A stretch of DNA of 64,000 nucleotides from an uncultured Gemmatimonadaceae bacterium (GCA_963843845.1 CAWJMB010000003.1:1-64000); one strand, 5' to 3'; counted from the first letter of the stretch, positions 51,229 to 62,300 are shown. Notes: generated from the letters alone by a model not told the origin. Program-made: numbers and translations.

Positions 51229-51939
51229 ATGCCTCAGATCCGCTTACTCGCTGTCGCCGCCGGACGCGGTGGAACAGGGAAATCCACGCTCGCGTTCGCC
51301 ATCGCGGACGCCCTCCGGCGGCTCGATCAGGCACTCGATGTCGCGCTCGTCGACCTCGATCCGCAGGCGGGTCTCACCGGATACGCGAAGCGGCCGCCGG
51401 CCGCCGACCCAGCAGTCGATGCGCCGGTCGACGTGCACGGCATCCCCCTTTACCGTGGCGGAAGGGGGCTCGCCCACGCGAGTGATGAGGATCTGGCACG
51501 CCACCTCACGCGCGCACTCGGCGACGGCGAGAATCGCGTGCTCGTGCTCGACATGGCTCCCGCACTGACGGACGCCGCCCACCGCGTGGTCTTCGCACGT
51601 GACGACGTCATGCTCCTCGGTGCCATCAAGACGGAACCGGGATCGTTTCAGTCGCTCAACGAACTCGTCGCGTACGCATCCCGCCGCCATGTGCCGTACA
51701 TGCTGGTGCCGACGATTCATCGAAGTGTCTTGCTCAACAACACGATGTTGCTCACGATGCGCCAGCAGCACGAGGGGCACGTGGCCGATGTGATCTTTCC
51801 ACTCGACGGGAAGGCGGCGGAATGCGTCGTCGCCGGACAACCCGTCACCATGTACGCGAAACGATCGAAGGCCGCGAAGGCGGTCTACGCGCTCGTCGAC
51901 GAGCTGTTCGGCGACGTGACTGCGACCAGAGGAGCCTAG
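51229..51939 (+). CDS. parA: ParA-family partition ATPase
   Basis: RGGTGKST, LVDLDPQA, VLDMAP, GQPVTMYAKRSKAA. Confidence 0.9.
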   Translation: MPQIRLLAVAAGRGGTGKSTLAFAIADALRRLDQALDVALVDLDPQAGLTGYAKRPPAADPAVDAPVDVHGIPLYRGGRGLAHASDEDLARHLTRALGDGENRVLVLDMAPALTDAAHRVVFARDDVMLLGAIKTEPGSFQSLNELVAYASRRHVPYMLVPTIHRSVLLNNTMLLTMRQQHEGHVADVIFPLDGKAAECVVAGQPVTMYAKRSKAAKAVYALVDELFGDVTATRGA

Positions 51940-51942
51940 ACG

Positions 51943-53205
51943 ATGGCAGGACTTCGACCCAACAAGGGAACCGCCCCTGCGACGGGCAAGGTGAAGCCAA
52001 CGCGCGCCGAACAGCTGATGTCGGCGACCCATGCGCTCGCCGTGGAGCAACTTCCTGATCTCGACACGATGACGGCGATCGAGGAGGTGCCACGGGCGTC
52101 TGGACGCACGAGGAACGGCCCGATAGACGTCGGACACGTCGAGCGGGGGGGGGGTTCGGCGGCGGCGAGCGGAGCCATGGAGGGCGGGTCGCCTCGCGAC
52201 CCGGCGAGCCAGGAAAGCGAGGATACGACGGGATCGGCCGCGTCTCGACCCGTCGACGCGCCCGACTCCGCCGGCTTTGTCGTCGCGGAGGCGCGGTCGA
52301 CGGTACACCTGGAAGTGCGCGACGTCGTGATCGCCGAGATCCTGCCGTCCCCATTCCAGCCGAAGGGGCGGCCGTCCAGTGCGGCCACGGAGAGCGTCCG
52401 GGCGGCGATCGAGGGCGCGGGATCGCTCGAGGCGCTCGTCGGGCCAGACGGCGCGACGCTGTTCCTGCGACTCACTCCGGAGGCCGCGCGGCTCGCGGAG
52501 CTCGCCTACGACGTCCAGGTGCACGGCCTGCGCGTCCCGGTCGACGTGCGGCGGCGCGACGACGGAACGCTCGAGTGCCTCTCCGGACACCGCCGCCTCG
52601 CCGCCGCGGCACTCGCAGGATTCCCACGGGTGCCGACGATCGATCGTGGCGCCATGTCGAACGCCGCCGCCGCGGCGACGGTGCTCCGCGGAAACTTGCA
52701 CCGGGAGAACTTCACGACGTGGCAGGAGGCGACGCTCGTCAGCGACGTGCAGGACCGCCGCCGCGCGGACGGATACCGCGACAATGTGCGATCGCTCGGC
52801 GCCGTCATGGGGTGGAGCCACGGGAAGGTGAACATGCTGCTCCGCATCCGGCGCAGTCTGTCGCCGACGCTGCTCGCCCGGGCGGGCGGTGGAGACGCGG
52901 CGCCGATCGAAGAACGGCTCGCCCGAACGGCCTACCGGGACCTCGAACGCCTCGCCGCGGAGTCGGACGACGATCGACGGCTCGGCGCACTCCGGCGGCT
53001 GTTGGGGATCGGCGATGTGGCGCCGTCCGCGCGGGAACGGCAGGTGTGCGTGCTACGGCCAAAACGCGGGGGAGGGTTCGTCATCGACGTGTCGACGCCC
53101 GTCGAGGCGCTCGAAGCGGGCGACGCGACGCTGCTTCGGGCGCACCTCGAGACACAGCTGACGCGCGTGAACGCACGGCTCGCGTCGCTGGGTCACGCCC
53201 TCTGA
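51943..53205 (+). CDS. parB: ParB-family partition protein
   Basis: PSPFQPK, HGLRVPV, SGHRRLAAA, NLHRENFTTWQEA, HTH (LGAVMGWSHGKVNMLLRI). Confidence 0.9.
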   Translation: MAGLRPNKGTAPATGKVKPTRAEQLMSATHALAVEQLPDLDTMTAIEEVPRASGRTRNGPIDVGHVERGGGSAAASGAMEGGSPRDPASQESEDTTGSAASRPVDAPDSAGFVVAEARSTVHLEVRDVVIAEILPSPFQPKGRPSSAATESVRAAIEGAGSLEALVGPDGATLFLRLTPEAARLAELAYDVQVHGLRVPVDVRRRDDGTLECLSGHRRLAAAALAGFPRVPTIDRGAMSNAAAAATVLRGNLHRENFTTWQEATLVSDVQDRRRADGYRDNVRSLGAVMGWSHGKVNMLLRIRRSLSPTLLARAGGGDAAPIEERLARTAYRDLERLAAESDDDRRLGALRRLLGIGDVAPSARERQVCVLRPKRGGGFVIDVSTPVEALEAGDATLLRAHLETQLTRVNARLASLGHAL

Positions 53206-53249
53206 CCGCGGCACGGCACGACGCAATCGCCCCTACGGCGATCCATCGG

Positions 53250-55196
53250 TCACGGCGGCGGTCCCGACTCCAGTAGGTCGACCGACATGGTGGATGCAGC
53301 CGGTGCAGCCGATGCAGCCGGTGCACCCGACGCGACCGGTGCACCCGACGCGACCGGCCCGTCGAGGTCCCGTTCGCGGGCGAGCCACTGCGTCGGCGAG
53401 AGGATGAGCACCTCGCGCACGGCCCCGCCGGAGCGGGAGGCGGCGGCCACGGTCAACGCCGGCGATTCGCGTCCGAGGCGGTTGGCCTCTCCCTCGAAAC
53501 GGGCGACGACGATGAGCGTTCCGTCGGTCGTTCGAACGGGTCGCGCGTGCTCCAGATACTCGCGCGGGAGCGCGTGCAGTGACGGCGTGACGTCGGCGAC
53601 GACCTGCGCCCACAGCGTGAGGAGCTGCGGAGACGGGTCCGGCAGCGGCGGGAAGGGAATCACGCGCTCCGAGACCCGACCGTCGTCCCCGGCGGAGTCG
53701 ATCGCCGTGCGACGCTCCGGCGTCGAGTACATCGTGTCCCGTTCATCGGCGCCCGCCGACGTCGACCCGCCAACGGTGGTCGACGCACGCAGGAGCGGCA
53801 CCCCGAGCTGCGAGCGCGCCTGTTCCGTTCTCTCCCGGAGCCACTCCTGGAAATCGACGTTGCTCTCGTATGACCACCCCTGCACGACGCCTTCCTCGAC
53901 GTACTTCGCGGCGTTCTGCACCGGGCGACCGCGGTCGCGACGGTAGAGCACGACGGCGAGCATCTGGTAGACGCGCCCCGCTGACTGCGCGACCAGACGG
54001 GCGGCGGTCGCCGGCGCGACGTCGAACGAGGCGAGCAACATGCGCTGCACGCGCTGCTCGGTCAGGTCGAGCGTGCCGACGCCGCGAAGCCACCCTGCGA
54101 CCTTGAGCCGCAGACCGGGCGTCAGGTAGAGCGCATGCTGGCCGCGACGGACACTGACCGCCTCGGCGCCGGCGAGGATGTCGTGCGCTTCGAGCTCGCG
54201 CGCGGCCCGCATCAGATCGTCGCGGATCTCCGCCGGCTTGCGCTCGGCCATTCCGCACAGTTGGCGAAGGGTGCTGACGTCGAAGCGCAGCGCCGCCTGG
54301 CGCGCGGTCGCGAGCGCGACGAGCTGGTACAGCCGCTTCGCGACAGGGTTGAGCTCGGCGTGTGTCCGGCAGTCGATCCAGCCCACCCACCCGTGCTCGC
54401 CCTGCATGAGCAACGTCGGATTGATCCGCAACTTCGAGATCCAGCTCTCCCCGGTCGCGCGGCGATAGAAGTCGCGACGCCACTCATAGGCGAGCAGGTA
54501 GTCGACCGACTCGACTTCTGGCACCCACGTCCCGCCGCCCTGCGTGGCGAGCGCTGCTTCGAGCACGTTCTTCGACCCAGACGCCCGACGGTGGCGCGAC
54601 ACAGGCGCCTTAATGTTCGGTCGCGCGAGCGACGAGAGGGTGGCGATGGCGTTTCCGGGATTCAGGACGACGGGTTCGAGATGTGCCGGTGCCTCGTCGA
54701 CTCGGCGAAGGCGCGTGCCAGCGATGCGAACGAAGGACAACCGGGAAAGTGCTGCCCTGACACGCTCGTATTGCTGTCCCGATGGTGACAAGCCCAAGAT
54801 GGCAAGGATTTGGCTTGCGCTGGGAGCGGCGAACTCTCCGGTCGTCGCATTGACACGCGGGCGGCCACTGTCCGCGTCGACCCCGTCGGCGAGGGCGAGC
54901 ACGGCGAGCAACACGTCGCCGTCCGAGCCGTAGGGAAGCCCGAGCTTGGGATGCCCACTGATCTCGTAGAGCATGACGCGACCGGCGGCCGCCGACTCGG
55001 TGATGACCACCTGCGTTCGCCACGCGCTCTCCGGGAGCGTGCCGTCGACATCCGCCTTCGGCAGCTTCACGGCCGCTCGGAAGATCGGAAGCGCCAGCGC
55101 ACCGGCCGGCACCGGCTGCGGCAACGCCGACACCCCGGCGGCAGCGAGTAGCAGGTTGTGCTCGAGCGCGAGCGACGGCGTGTCCAAGACGGGCAT
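53250..55196 (-). CDS. Putative plasmid/chromid replication initiator (RepA-like)
   Basis: GLPYGSDGDVLLAVL, ILAILGLSPSGQQYERVRAALSRL, LNPVAKRLY, LRQLCGM wHTH-type segments; next to parAB. Confidence 0.72.
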   Translation of the reverse strand: MPVLDTPSLALEHNLLLAAAGVSALPQPVPAGALALPIFRAAVKLPKADVDGTLPESAWRTQVVITESAAAGRVMLYEISGHPKLGLPYGSDGDVLLAVLALADGVDADSGRPRVNATTGEFAAPSASQILAILGLSPSGQQYERVRAALSRLSFVRIAGTRLRRVDEAPAHLEPVVLNPGNAIATLSSLARPNIKAPVSRHRRASGSKNVLEAALATQGGGTWVPEVESVDYLLAYEWRRDFYRRATGESWISKLRINPTLLMQGEHGWVGWIDCRTHAELNPVAKRLYQLVALATARQAALRFDVSTLRQLCGMAERKPAEIRDDLMRAARELEAHDILAGAEAVSVRRGQHALYLTPGLRLKVAGWLRGVGTLDLTEQRVQRMLLASFDVAPATAARLVAQSAGRVYQMLAVVLYRRDRGRPVQNAAKYVEEGVVQGWSYESNVDFQEWLRERTEQARSQLGVPLLRASTTVGGSTSAGADERDTMYSTPERRTAIDSAGDDGRVSERVIPFPPLPDPSPQLLTLWAQVVADVTPSLHALPREYLEHARPVRTTDGTLIVVARFEGEANRLGRESPALTVAAASRSGGAVREVLILSPTQWLARERDLDGPVASGAPVASGAPAASAAPAASTMSVDLLESGPPP

Positions 55197-55448
55197 TCCT
55201 CGACGAGACGACCTTGCTGATCCGACTCCCTGACCACGGCGACGTGCACTGACCTGCCGGCACTGGCGCGGCCACGACGTCCACACGACCTCGGACTGGT
55301 GGTGCCCGGTGCGTCCCGCAAAGCTACCATCGGGCCTCGGAACATGCGGTTCCGGGGTGGGCTCGCGCCGCCGGCGTGAGCGCGGGTGCGGTGGCAGGTC
55401 CCGGACCCGGGAATGCGCGACGAGTCGGTGCGAGCCGTTGGGTCGTTG

Positions 55449-55977
55449 CTCTCTTCTTGAAAGAAGAAAAACCAACAACAACCTCTGCCGTGCCCGCCGC
55501 TCGATGTTCGACGCATCGACGCCGCGCGGACCGGATCGAGACAGGCAGAATCCTGGCAAGTCATGCTGAGCACGCGAGTTAGCGAGCGCCAGATCTGACC
55601 GTCCACGGCCGGGCGTCGGCGAGTTTTCCGCACGCGTGCGGGCACGGTGGTCCCTTCAGCGATCAGCCGTCGGCCCGGTCACCCCTCCGATCGTGAGCCG
55701 TCGTCGAGTCGCATCGACGGTCTGGTACCCTCAGGAATCACACCGAACGGTACGCGCCACCCGGTCGAGAGCGGCGCGCCAGGCGGGTCCGACTCGCGAC
55801 GTACTCTGTACGCAGCGAATTCCCGATCTCCGCAGCGCCGCCTCCGCCCCGGGTGTCAGCCGGCTACGACCCGGCGGGGTAGCCGGGTATGATCGTTGAG
55901 GGTACGTTGGTCGGGTGCGGCGTCCTCTCCCGAGCCGAGGCGAGGCGACCGACCAGGCTGTGATCGCTGAAGGGACC
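55449..55977. promoter_or_regulatory. Candidate replication origin: AT-rich tract plus four 17-bp iteron-like repeats
   Basis: TCTTCTTGAAAGAAGAAAAACCAACAACAA at about 55452-55481; repeats at 55649, 55724 (+) and 55890, 55961 (-). Confidence 0.6.
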
Positions 55978-56049
55978 TTCTCCCGATGGCCGAGTTGACG
56001 TCTTGCGAGCGGGCGGGCGGGTGAGCGCGAGGTCGGCGCGGGCGGACGA

Positions 56050-57021
56050 ATGGCGCCGGTGAGCGCGCCGCGCGCGGCCGTCCCGGCACTCCGACTCGTC
56101 GCCGATCGGGAGCGGTTCGTCTCGATGCGCCGGCTACAAGCAGCGCTCGACGGTCTGACCTGGGCGCCGATCCAGCTCGCGACTCGTGTCGGTGCGCGCC
56201 CGATCAGCCCACGCCTGCCGCACGCGCTGGTGCTCGCGCTGGCGCTCGACGCGCGCGAGGACGGCACGGCGTCCGGCGATGTCGTTCCTGATGTCGGGCG
56301 GCTGGCGGCGCAGGTCGAGGCCGACCCGTCGACCGTGCGCGAGGCACTCGACGCGTTGCTGCACGCGAATGTCCTCGTCAGGGGCGACGATCGTGCGTCG
56401 CGCGCTCCGGACGTGCCGCCCGTGCGGATCGCGGCGGAACTCGTCGGAACGGCGCCTCGCGCCGCGCTCCTCGACTGGCGGTGGATCGCGACCGCCACTG
56501 TCGGCGCGCCGAGCGCGTGGGTCGCGGCGCACGCAGTCGCCGAGTGGATGGAGTCGGACGACAGCTGGGTGTCGATTCCGCGGGCGTTGCTGCAACCGCT
56601 CGTCGGTGCGGGCCTCGCTGGCGTGCGGAACGCCTTGGACGGGCTGATCGCTGCCGCGGTGCTCGAGCGCCGAGAGGTCGCCGGGCGGGCGAGTCACTAC
56701 CGCTTCACCTCGCGCGCGCGGGGCGTCGCCGGCGAGTCGGCGTCGGGAACGGTCGACTCCGTACCGCGTCGAGTCGCGGCGTCGACCGTTCGGCCGCCGG
56801 CAGGGGAGCCGGCGCCGCACGCGGCGCCGGCAGCGACGGCTTCGCCGCCCGCGACTGCCCACGGCGGCGCGACGCCGGTCGAGGTGACGATCGGCGGCGC
56901 GACCTTCGACGTGGCGCCAGGGACGCGGATCGCGCTGAACGCGCCGGGGATGGTCGTCGCGTTCGACGTCGGCGTGGACGGAAAGACGCGCGTGACGGTC
57001 GGCCGGCCGACCGACGCCTAA
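56050..57021 (+). CDS. Double winged-helix DNA-binding protein
   Basis: VGRLAAQVEADPSTVREALDALLHANVL and LVGAGLAGVRNALDGLIAAAVLER...YRF. Confidence 0.65.
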   Translation: MAPVSAPRAAVPALRLVADRERFVSMRRLQAALDGLTWAPIQLATRVGARPISPRLPHALVLALALDAREDGTASGDVVPDVGRLAAQVEADPSTVREALDALLHANVLVRGDDRASRAPDVPPVRIAAELVGTAPRAALLDWRWIATATVGAPSAWVAAHAVAEWMESDDSWVSIPRALLQPLVGAGLAGVRNALDGLIAAAVLERREVAGRASHYRFTSRARGVAGESASGTVDSVPRRVAASTVRPPAGEPAPHAAPAATASPPATAHGGATPVEVTIGGATFDVAPGTRIALNAPGMVVAFDVGVDGKTRVTVGRPTDA

Positions 57022-57234
57022 CGGTCTCCGTCCGTTCCTGCGGCGCCGAACGGGGCGAGCCGTGACGACGTGAGCTTGACGCCACCGGCTCGCGTTCCCA
57101 ACTTCGCCGAGCCGCGCGCCCGTCGTCGCGCACCTCTCGATCCGCCGTCGCCGAGCGGACGTCTCTTTCAAGGCCCGGTCGTGCCGTCTCCCCTCCGTTT
57201 CCGGCTCCCCGAGCGGGTCGCGATCGCGACCCGC

Positions 57235-58152
57235 ATGTTCGCGACGAGTGTGCTCGCGACGAGCGTACTCACGGCCTGCGCGTCCGCGCCGCCGACGCCT
57301 GGCGCGACACCCACGGCGACCGCCGCCACGCCCGGCGGCCGCGGGGCGTTAGGCATCCCGCCGTTCGCCGTCGCCGGTGCGGCGTCCGACAGCACGATCG
57401 CGCCGCTCTCGTTCGCGCTCGCCGACCTGTTGGCGACCGACCTCGCGCGCAGTCGCCGTCTCACGCTCGTCGAGCGGACGCGGCTCGGGGAGGTGCTGCG
57501 CGAGCTCGATCTCTCGGCCGCGGGACGCGTCGACTCGGCGTCGGCGCCGCGCGTCGGGCGGCTCATTCAGGCGCAGCAGCTCGTCGTCGGCAGCGTGTCG
57601 GTCCTTCCTGAGGGTGGGGGGCAGCAGATCCGGCTCGGCGTGCAGCTCGCCGACGTCGAGCGCGGCACGCTCGAGCGGGCGATCGACGCACGGGCGCCGC
57701 TCAACGACATCCTCGCCGCCGAGAAGGAGATCGCGTTCCGGTTGTTCGACGCGCTCGGGATCGTGCTGACGCCGGACGAGCGGGCGGCCGTCGCGCAGCG
57801 TCCGACGCGCGACCTCTCGGCGCTCGTCGCCTACGGGCGCGGGGTGCGGCTCGAGATCCTCGGCGATTACCGCGGCGCGGAAGACGCCTACCGCAGGGCG
57901 CGGCGCCTCGACCCCGGGTTCCAGGGGGCGTCCGTGCGCGCCAACGGGGTGCGACAGCTCGCGACGACCGGTGTGTCGAACCCGGTCATCGTTCCGGGCA
58001 TTCGCGCCGTCGACGCCACGGTCGGCTCGCTCATCGACCGTCTCAACCGGCCACTCGACCTGATCACATCGACGACGTCGTCCGGGCGAACGACCGACGC
58101 GGCGTTCCCGTCGACGGCGGCGACGGTCATCATCACGGTGACGCGCCCATGA
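57235..58152 (+). CDS. CsgG/HfaB-like lipoprotein with TPR (start could be 57181)
   Basis: Lipobox LTAC; LVERTRLGEVLREL...VDSASAPRVGRLIQAQQLVVGS; YRRARRLDPGF. Confidence 0.82.
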   Translation: MFATSVLATSVLTACASAPPTPGATPTATAATPGGRGALGIPPFAVAGAASDSTIAPLSFALADLLATDLARSRRLTLVERTRLGEVLRELDLSAAGRVDSASAPRVGRLIQAQQLVVGSVSVLPEGGGQQIRLGVQLADVERGTLERAIDARAPLNDILAAEKEIAFRLFDALGIVLTPDERAAVAQRPTRDLSALVAYGRGVRLEILGDYRGAEDAYRRARRLDPGFQGASVRANGVRQLATTGVSNPVIVPGIRAVDATVGSLIDRLNRPLDLITSTTSSGRTTDAAFPSTAATVIITVTRP

Positions 58153-59366
58153 TCTCGCTTCGTCATGCCGCGGCGCTCGTCGCGCTGCTGCCGCTCGCGG
58201 CGCGCGCGGCTCGCGCGCAGGACCGCCTCCTCGGCTTCCGCGCGTTGGGCATCGCGCCGGTCGCGGAGGTGGTGCGGTTCGAGGGAGACGGGCTGATGCA
58301 GCCCGCGTTCGCCGGCCTCGACTCGCTGCGCATCCGCCGAGTGGAGCAGTTCACCGTGCCCGTGTCGCTCTCCGTGCCCGTCGGTGAGCTGTGGTCGGTC
58401 GACGTCACGTCGGTGTACGCGTCGGGACGCGTCGTCTACTCGCCGGCGCGCTCGGCGGTGACGCGCACCGCGTCGCTGAGCGGGGTGAGCGACGTGCGCG
58501 TGCGCGCGACCGGCCGGCTCGCCGGTGACGCGCTCGTGCTGACGCTCGGTGCGAACGCGCCGAGCGGGCAGACCAAGCTCGATCAGGAAGAGTTCACCGC
58601 GGCGCGCGTGCTCGCCGCACCGGCGCTCGGGCTCGGCGCGCCGCCGGTCGGCGCGGGAGGGAGCGCGACGCTCGGCCTGCTCTCGGCGCGGCGCATCGGC
58701 GCGTGGGCGATCGCCGGTGGCGTCTCGTACGAGCGGCACGCGCAGTACGCGCCGATCGGCGCGCTCGTCGCGGGGGCGTCGACGACGAACTTCCGGCCGG
58801 GCGACGTCGTCCACGTCTCGGTCGGCAGCGACGGACTCGTCGGGCGGCAGCGGCTCAGTCTCACGGTCGGCGTCGACGTGTTCGGCACCGACCGGCTGCG
58901 GCCGTCAGCCGCGAGCGCGACGACGCCGACGTTCGCACGCGTGCAGCTCGGCCCGGTCGTCAGCAGTGACGCGCAGCTCTCGCTGGCGGTTCCGCGCGTG
59001 CGCGAGGCGGTGCTCTGGGCGTCGAACCGGTGGCGCAGCCGCTTCTCGCGCGACGACATCACCGTCGAGGGATCGAGCGGCACGTACGTCGACGGCGGCT
59101 TCCGCACGCGGCTTCCGGCGACACGACGCACCGACGTGCTGCTCGCGGTCGACGGACGGTACCAGAGCGGGCTGTCGTTCGACGACGCGCTCATCACCGC
59201 CCGCGCGACGAGCGGCGGGCTCACGCTCGGCGTCGCGCAGCGGTTCGGGAACCTGACGCTGCAGCCGTTCGCGCGCGGGCAGATCGGGCAGGTCAATTCG
59301 GGTCGTGGCGCGACCGCTTCGATGGCCGGCGGCTCGCTCGGTCTCACGCTTCTCACGCGGTTCTGA
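58149..59366 (+). CDS. Outer-membrane beta-barrel protein
   Basis: Signal peptide, amphipathic strands, C-terminal Phe; ATGA overlap with the upstream gene. Confidence 0.75.
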   Translation: MISLRHAAALVALLPLAARAARAQDRLLGFRALGIAPVAEVVRFEGDGLMQPAFAGLDSLRIRRVEQFTVPVSLSVPVGELWSVDVTSVYASGRVVYSPARSAVTRTASLSGVSDVRVRATGRLAGDALVLTLGANAPSGQTKLDQEEFTAARVLAAPALGLGAPPVGAGGSATLGLLSARRIGAWAIAGGVSYERHAQYAPIGALVAGASTTNFRPGDVVHVSVGSDGLVGRQRLSLTVGVDVFGTDRLRPSAASATTPTFARVQLGPVVSSDAQLSLAVPRVREAVLWASNRWRSRFSRDDITVEGSSGTYVDGGFRTRLPATRRTDVLLAVDGRYQSGLSFDDALITARATSGGLTLGVAQRFGNLTLQPFARGQIGQVNSGRGATASMAGGSLGLTLLTRF

Positions 59367-62300
59367 TGCATACGCGCTCCCTCTTCGGTTCTCAGCCGCG
59401 CGCGACGGATCGCGCGACGTCGCGCCGCAACGCGCTCGTCACGCTCGCGACGCTCGTCGCGCTCGGTGGACTGACAGGCTGCTCGACGCTCGATGACGCC
59501 GTGAGCCCCGGGCGGCGCGGCGACGCGGCCGCGCCGGCTCGTCTCGCGCTCTCCGCGGAGATCGGCTCGTACTCGCGCTCGTCGGCGGCGGCGACACCCG
59601 GCGTGCGGATCCAGCCCGCCTACATACGGAGCGACGAGTCGCGCGTGCCGCTCACGCCGCAGACCGTGACGCTCGACGGCGCGACGACGCAGCAGCTGCC
59701 GTTCACCGTCGACCTGTCGGTCTGCCTGAGCGACGCGCAGCGGAAGCGCGCCGCCGGGAGCGACGACGCCACCTGTCTCGTCGCCATCACCGTGACGCTG
59801 CTCGACGGGGACACGCCGGTCGACCAGCAGACGGTCGGGCCGCTCGCGCTGCGCGCCGGCGGCTCGACGGCGGTCAACGAGCCGATCCGGCTGTTCCAGA
59901 TCGGAACGGTTCGCGTGGCGCAGGCGAGCGGCGCGACGGGCCCGGCGCAGGTCGTGACCGGCGGCACGCTCGCACTCGCGACGACGCTGACGTCGACCAC
60001 CGGCCAGACGATCACGGGGCGCCCGATCACCTTCCAGAGCGACGCGCCGACCATCGCCCGTGTCGACCCGTCGACCGGCGTCGTCACGGGTCTCACCCCG
60101 GGACGGGCGCGGATCACCGCACTCGCCGGCACGACGAGCGGGGGCATCGACGTTACGGTCACGTTCCCGCCGTCGCAGATCACGGTCGGCGCCGGGACCG
60201 GTGCCGGAAGCGGCGTGGTGCGCTCGTCGCCGGCCGGGATCGACTGCCGCATCGTCGCCGGCGTCGCGTCCGGCACGTGCTCGGGGTCGTTCCCGAGTGA
60301 CGCCCAGGTCACGCTGACGGCGATCGCCGACGCGAACGCCGTGCTCGGCACGTTCGGCGGTGCGTGTGTCGGCGCGATCGGCGGGTCGTGCACGATCGAC
60401 GCGTCGCAGGCGCGCACGGTCTCGGTGTCGTTCGCCGCGCTCCGCCGGATCGCGGTGGCGGGGGTGGGCTCCGGCTCCGGGACCGTGACGGGGCCCGGGA
60501 TCGCATGCACGATCACCGACGGGGTCGCGAGCGGCACCTGCGCGGCGACGGCGCTCGACGGGACGGTCGTGACGCTGACGGCATCGCCGGCAGCGCGGCA
60601 GGTCTTCCAGGGCTTCACGGGTGCCTGCACGACGAGCGCGACCACGTGTACGGTGACGCTGACCGCCGACGCGAGCGTCGCGGCGCGGTTCGCGCCGCTG
60701 CAGGCGCTGTCGGTGTCGCTCGTCGGCGGCGGCGGCGGAAGTGTGACGATCAGCGTGCCGGCCGGGGCGGGGGAGAGCAGAACGTGCGTCCTGACGCCTG
60801 GCCGCGAGCCCACGCCGTGCCTCGTCGACGTGCCGCCAGGAACGGTCGTGACGCTGGCCGCGACCGCGGCGCCCGGCAGTACGTTCGACGGCTTCACCGG
60901 CGCGTGCGGCGGCACCGGAGCCTGTTCGGTGACGGTCGACGGCGCGGCGTCGGTCGCGGCGCGCTTCACTCCGCGAAGCCTGACGCTGTCGGTCACGGTC
61001 GGCGGCGCGGGCGCAGGGACGGTGTTCGTGAACGGCGCGGCCGCCTGTACGCTGACGGCCGGCACCGGCTCTCGCACGTGCACGCTGCCGATCAGTGGCA
61101 GTACGCCGCTCACGCTGACGGCGACGCCGGCGAACGGCTCGTCGTTCATCGGGTTCAGCGGCGCGTGCAGCGGCCAGGGATCGTGCACCATCACGCCGGC
61201 CGGCGACACCTCGGTCGGGGCGGCGTTCGCGCCGATCGGCATCGCGATCTCCGTGCAGGGGATGGCGGGCGCGCGTGGCGCCGGGGTGGTCACGAGCGCG
61301 CCGAGCGGCATCTCGTGCTCGGTCACCGGCTCGTCGGCGACCGGGGCGTGCGCGACGACCTTCCCGTTCGGCTCGACGGTCACGCTGAGTGCCTCGCCCG
61401 CCGCCGGGTCGACGTTCGTGCGGTGGGGAGGGGAGTGCGCGGCGGCGACCGGACCCACGTGCACGATCACGCTCTCGTCGACGATCTCGCCGCTCGTGAC
61501 CGTGGAGTTCGGCGTCGGCAACGTTCCGCTCGCCGTGGTGCGCGCCGGCACGGGGAGCGGCACCGTCGTCTCGTCGGACTCCGCCGGACGGATCAACTGT
61601 GGAGCGACCTGCACCGGGTCGTATCCGTTCGGTGCCACGGTCACGCTGTTCGCCACGCCGGCGAGTGGCAGCACGTTCGCCGGCTGGTCCGGGGGCGGGT
61701 GCAGCGGCATCGGCTCGTGCACGGTGACGCTCACGAGCGCCACGACGGTCACCGCGACCTTCACGCTGCAGTCGCGGACGCTCACCGTCGTGCGCGCCGG
61801 CGCGGGCACCGGTTCGGTGACGTCCTCACCAGCCGGGATCTCGTGCGGCGCGACGTGTGCCGCCCCCTTCACGTTCGGCACGACTGTCACGCTGACGGCG
61901 ACGCCGGCCGCGCCCGGAAACACGTTCACCGGGTGGTCGGGCGGCGGCTGCAGCGGTGTCGGTACGTGCACCGTGACGCTCACGAGCGACGTGACGGTCA
62001 CCGCGACGTTCGCGATCGCGACGGCCTCGATCACGGTGTCGACGACGGGTGCCGGCTCGGGAACGGTGACGTCGTCGCCGGTCGGGATCTCCTGCCCGAC
62101 CACGTGCTCGGCGAACTTCCAGATCGGAAGCACGGTCGTGCTGACGGCGACGCCGACGAACGGCAGCACGTTCGCGGGGTGGTCGGGGGCGTGCACCGGC
62201 GCGAGCACGTGTTCGATCGTCGTGCCGGCGGGCGGGGCGAACGTGTCCGCGCAGTTCACGCCGGCGACCGTGCCGCTCACCGTGAACCTGACGGGCACCG

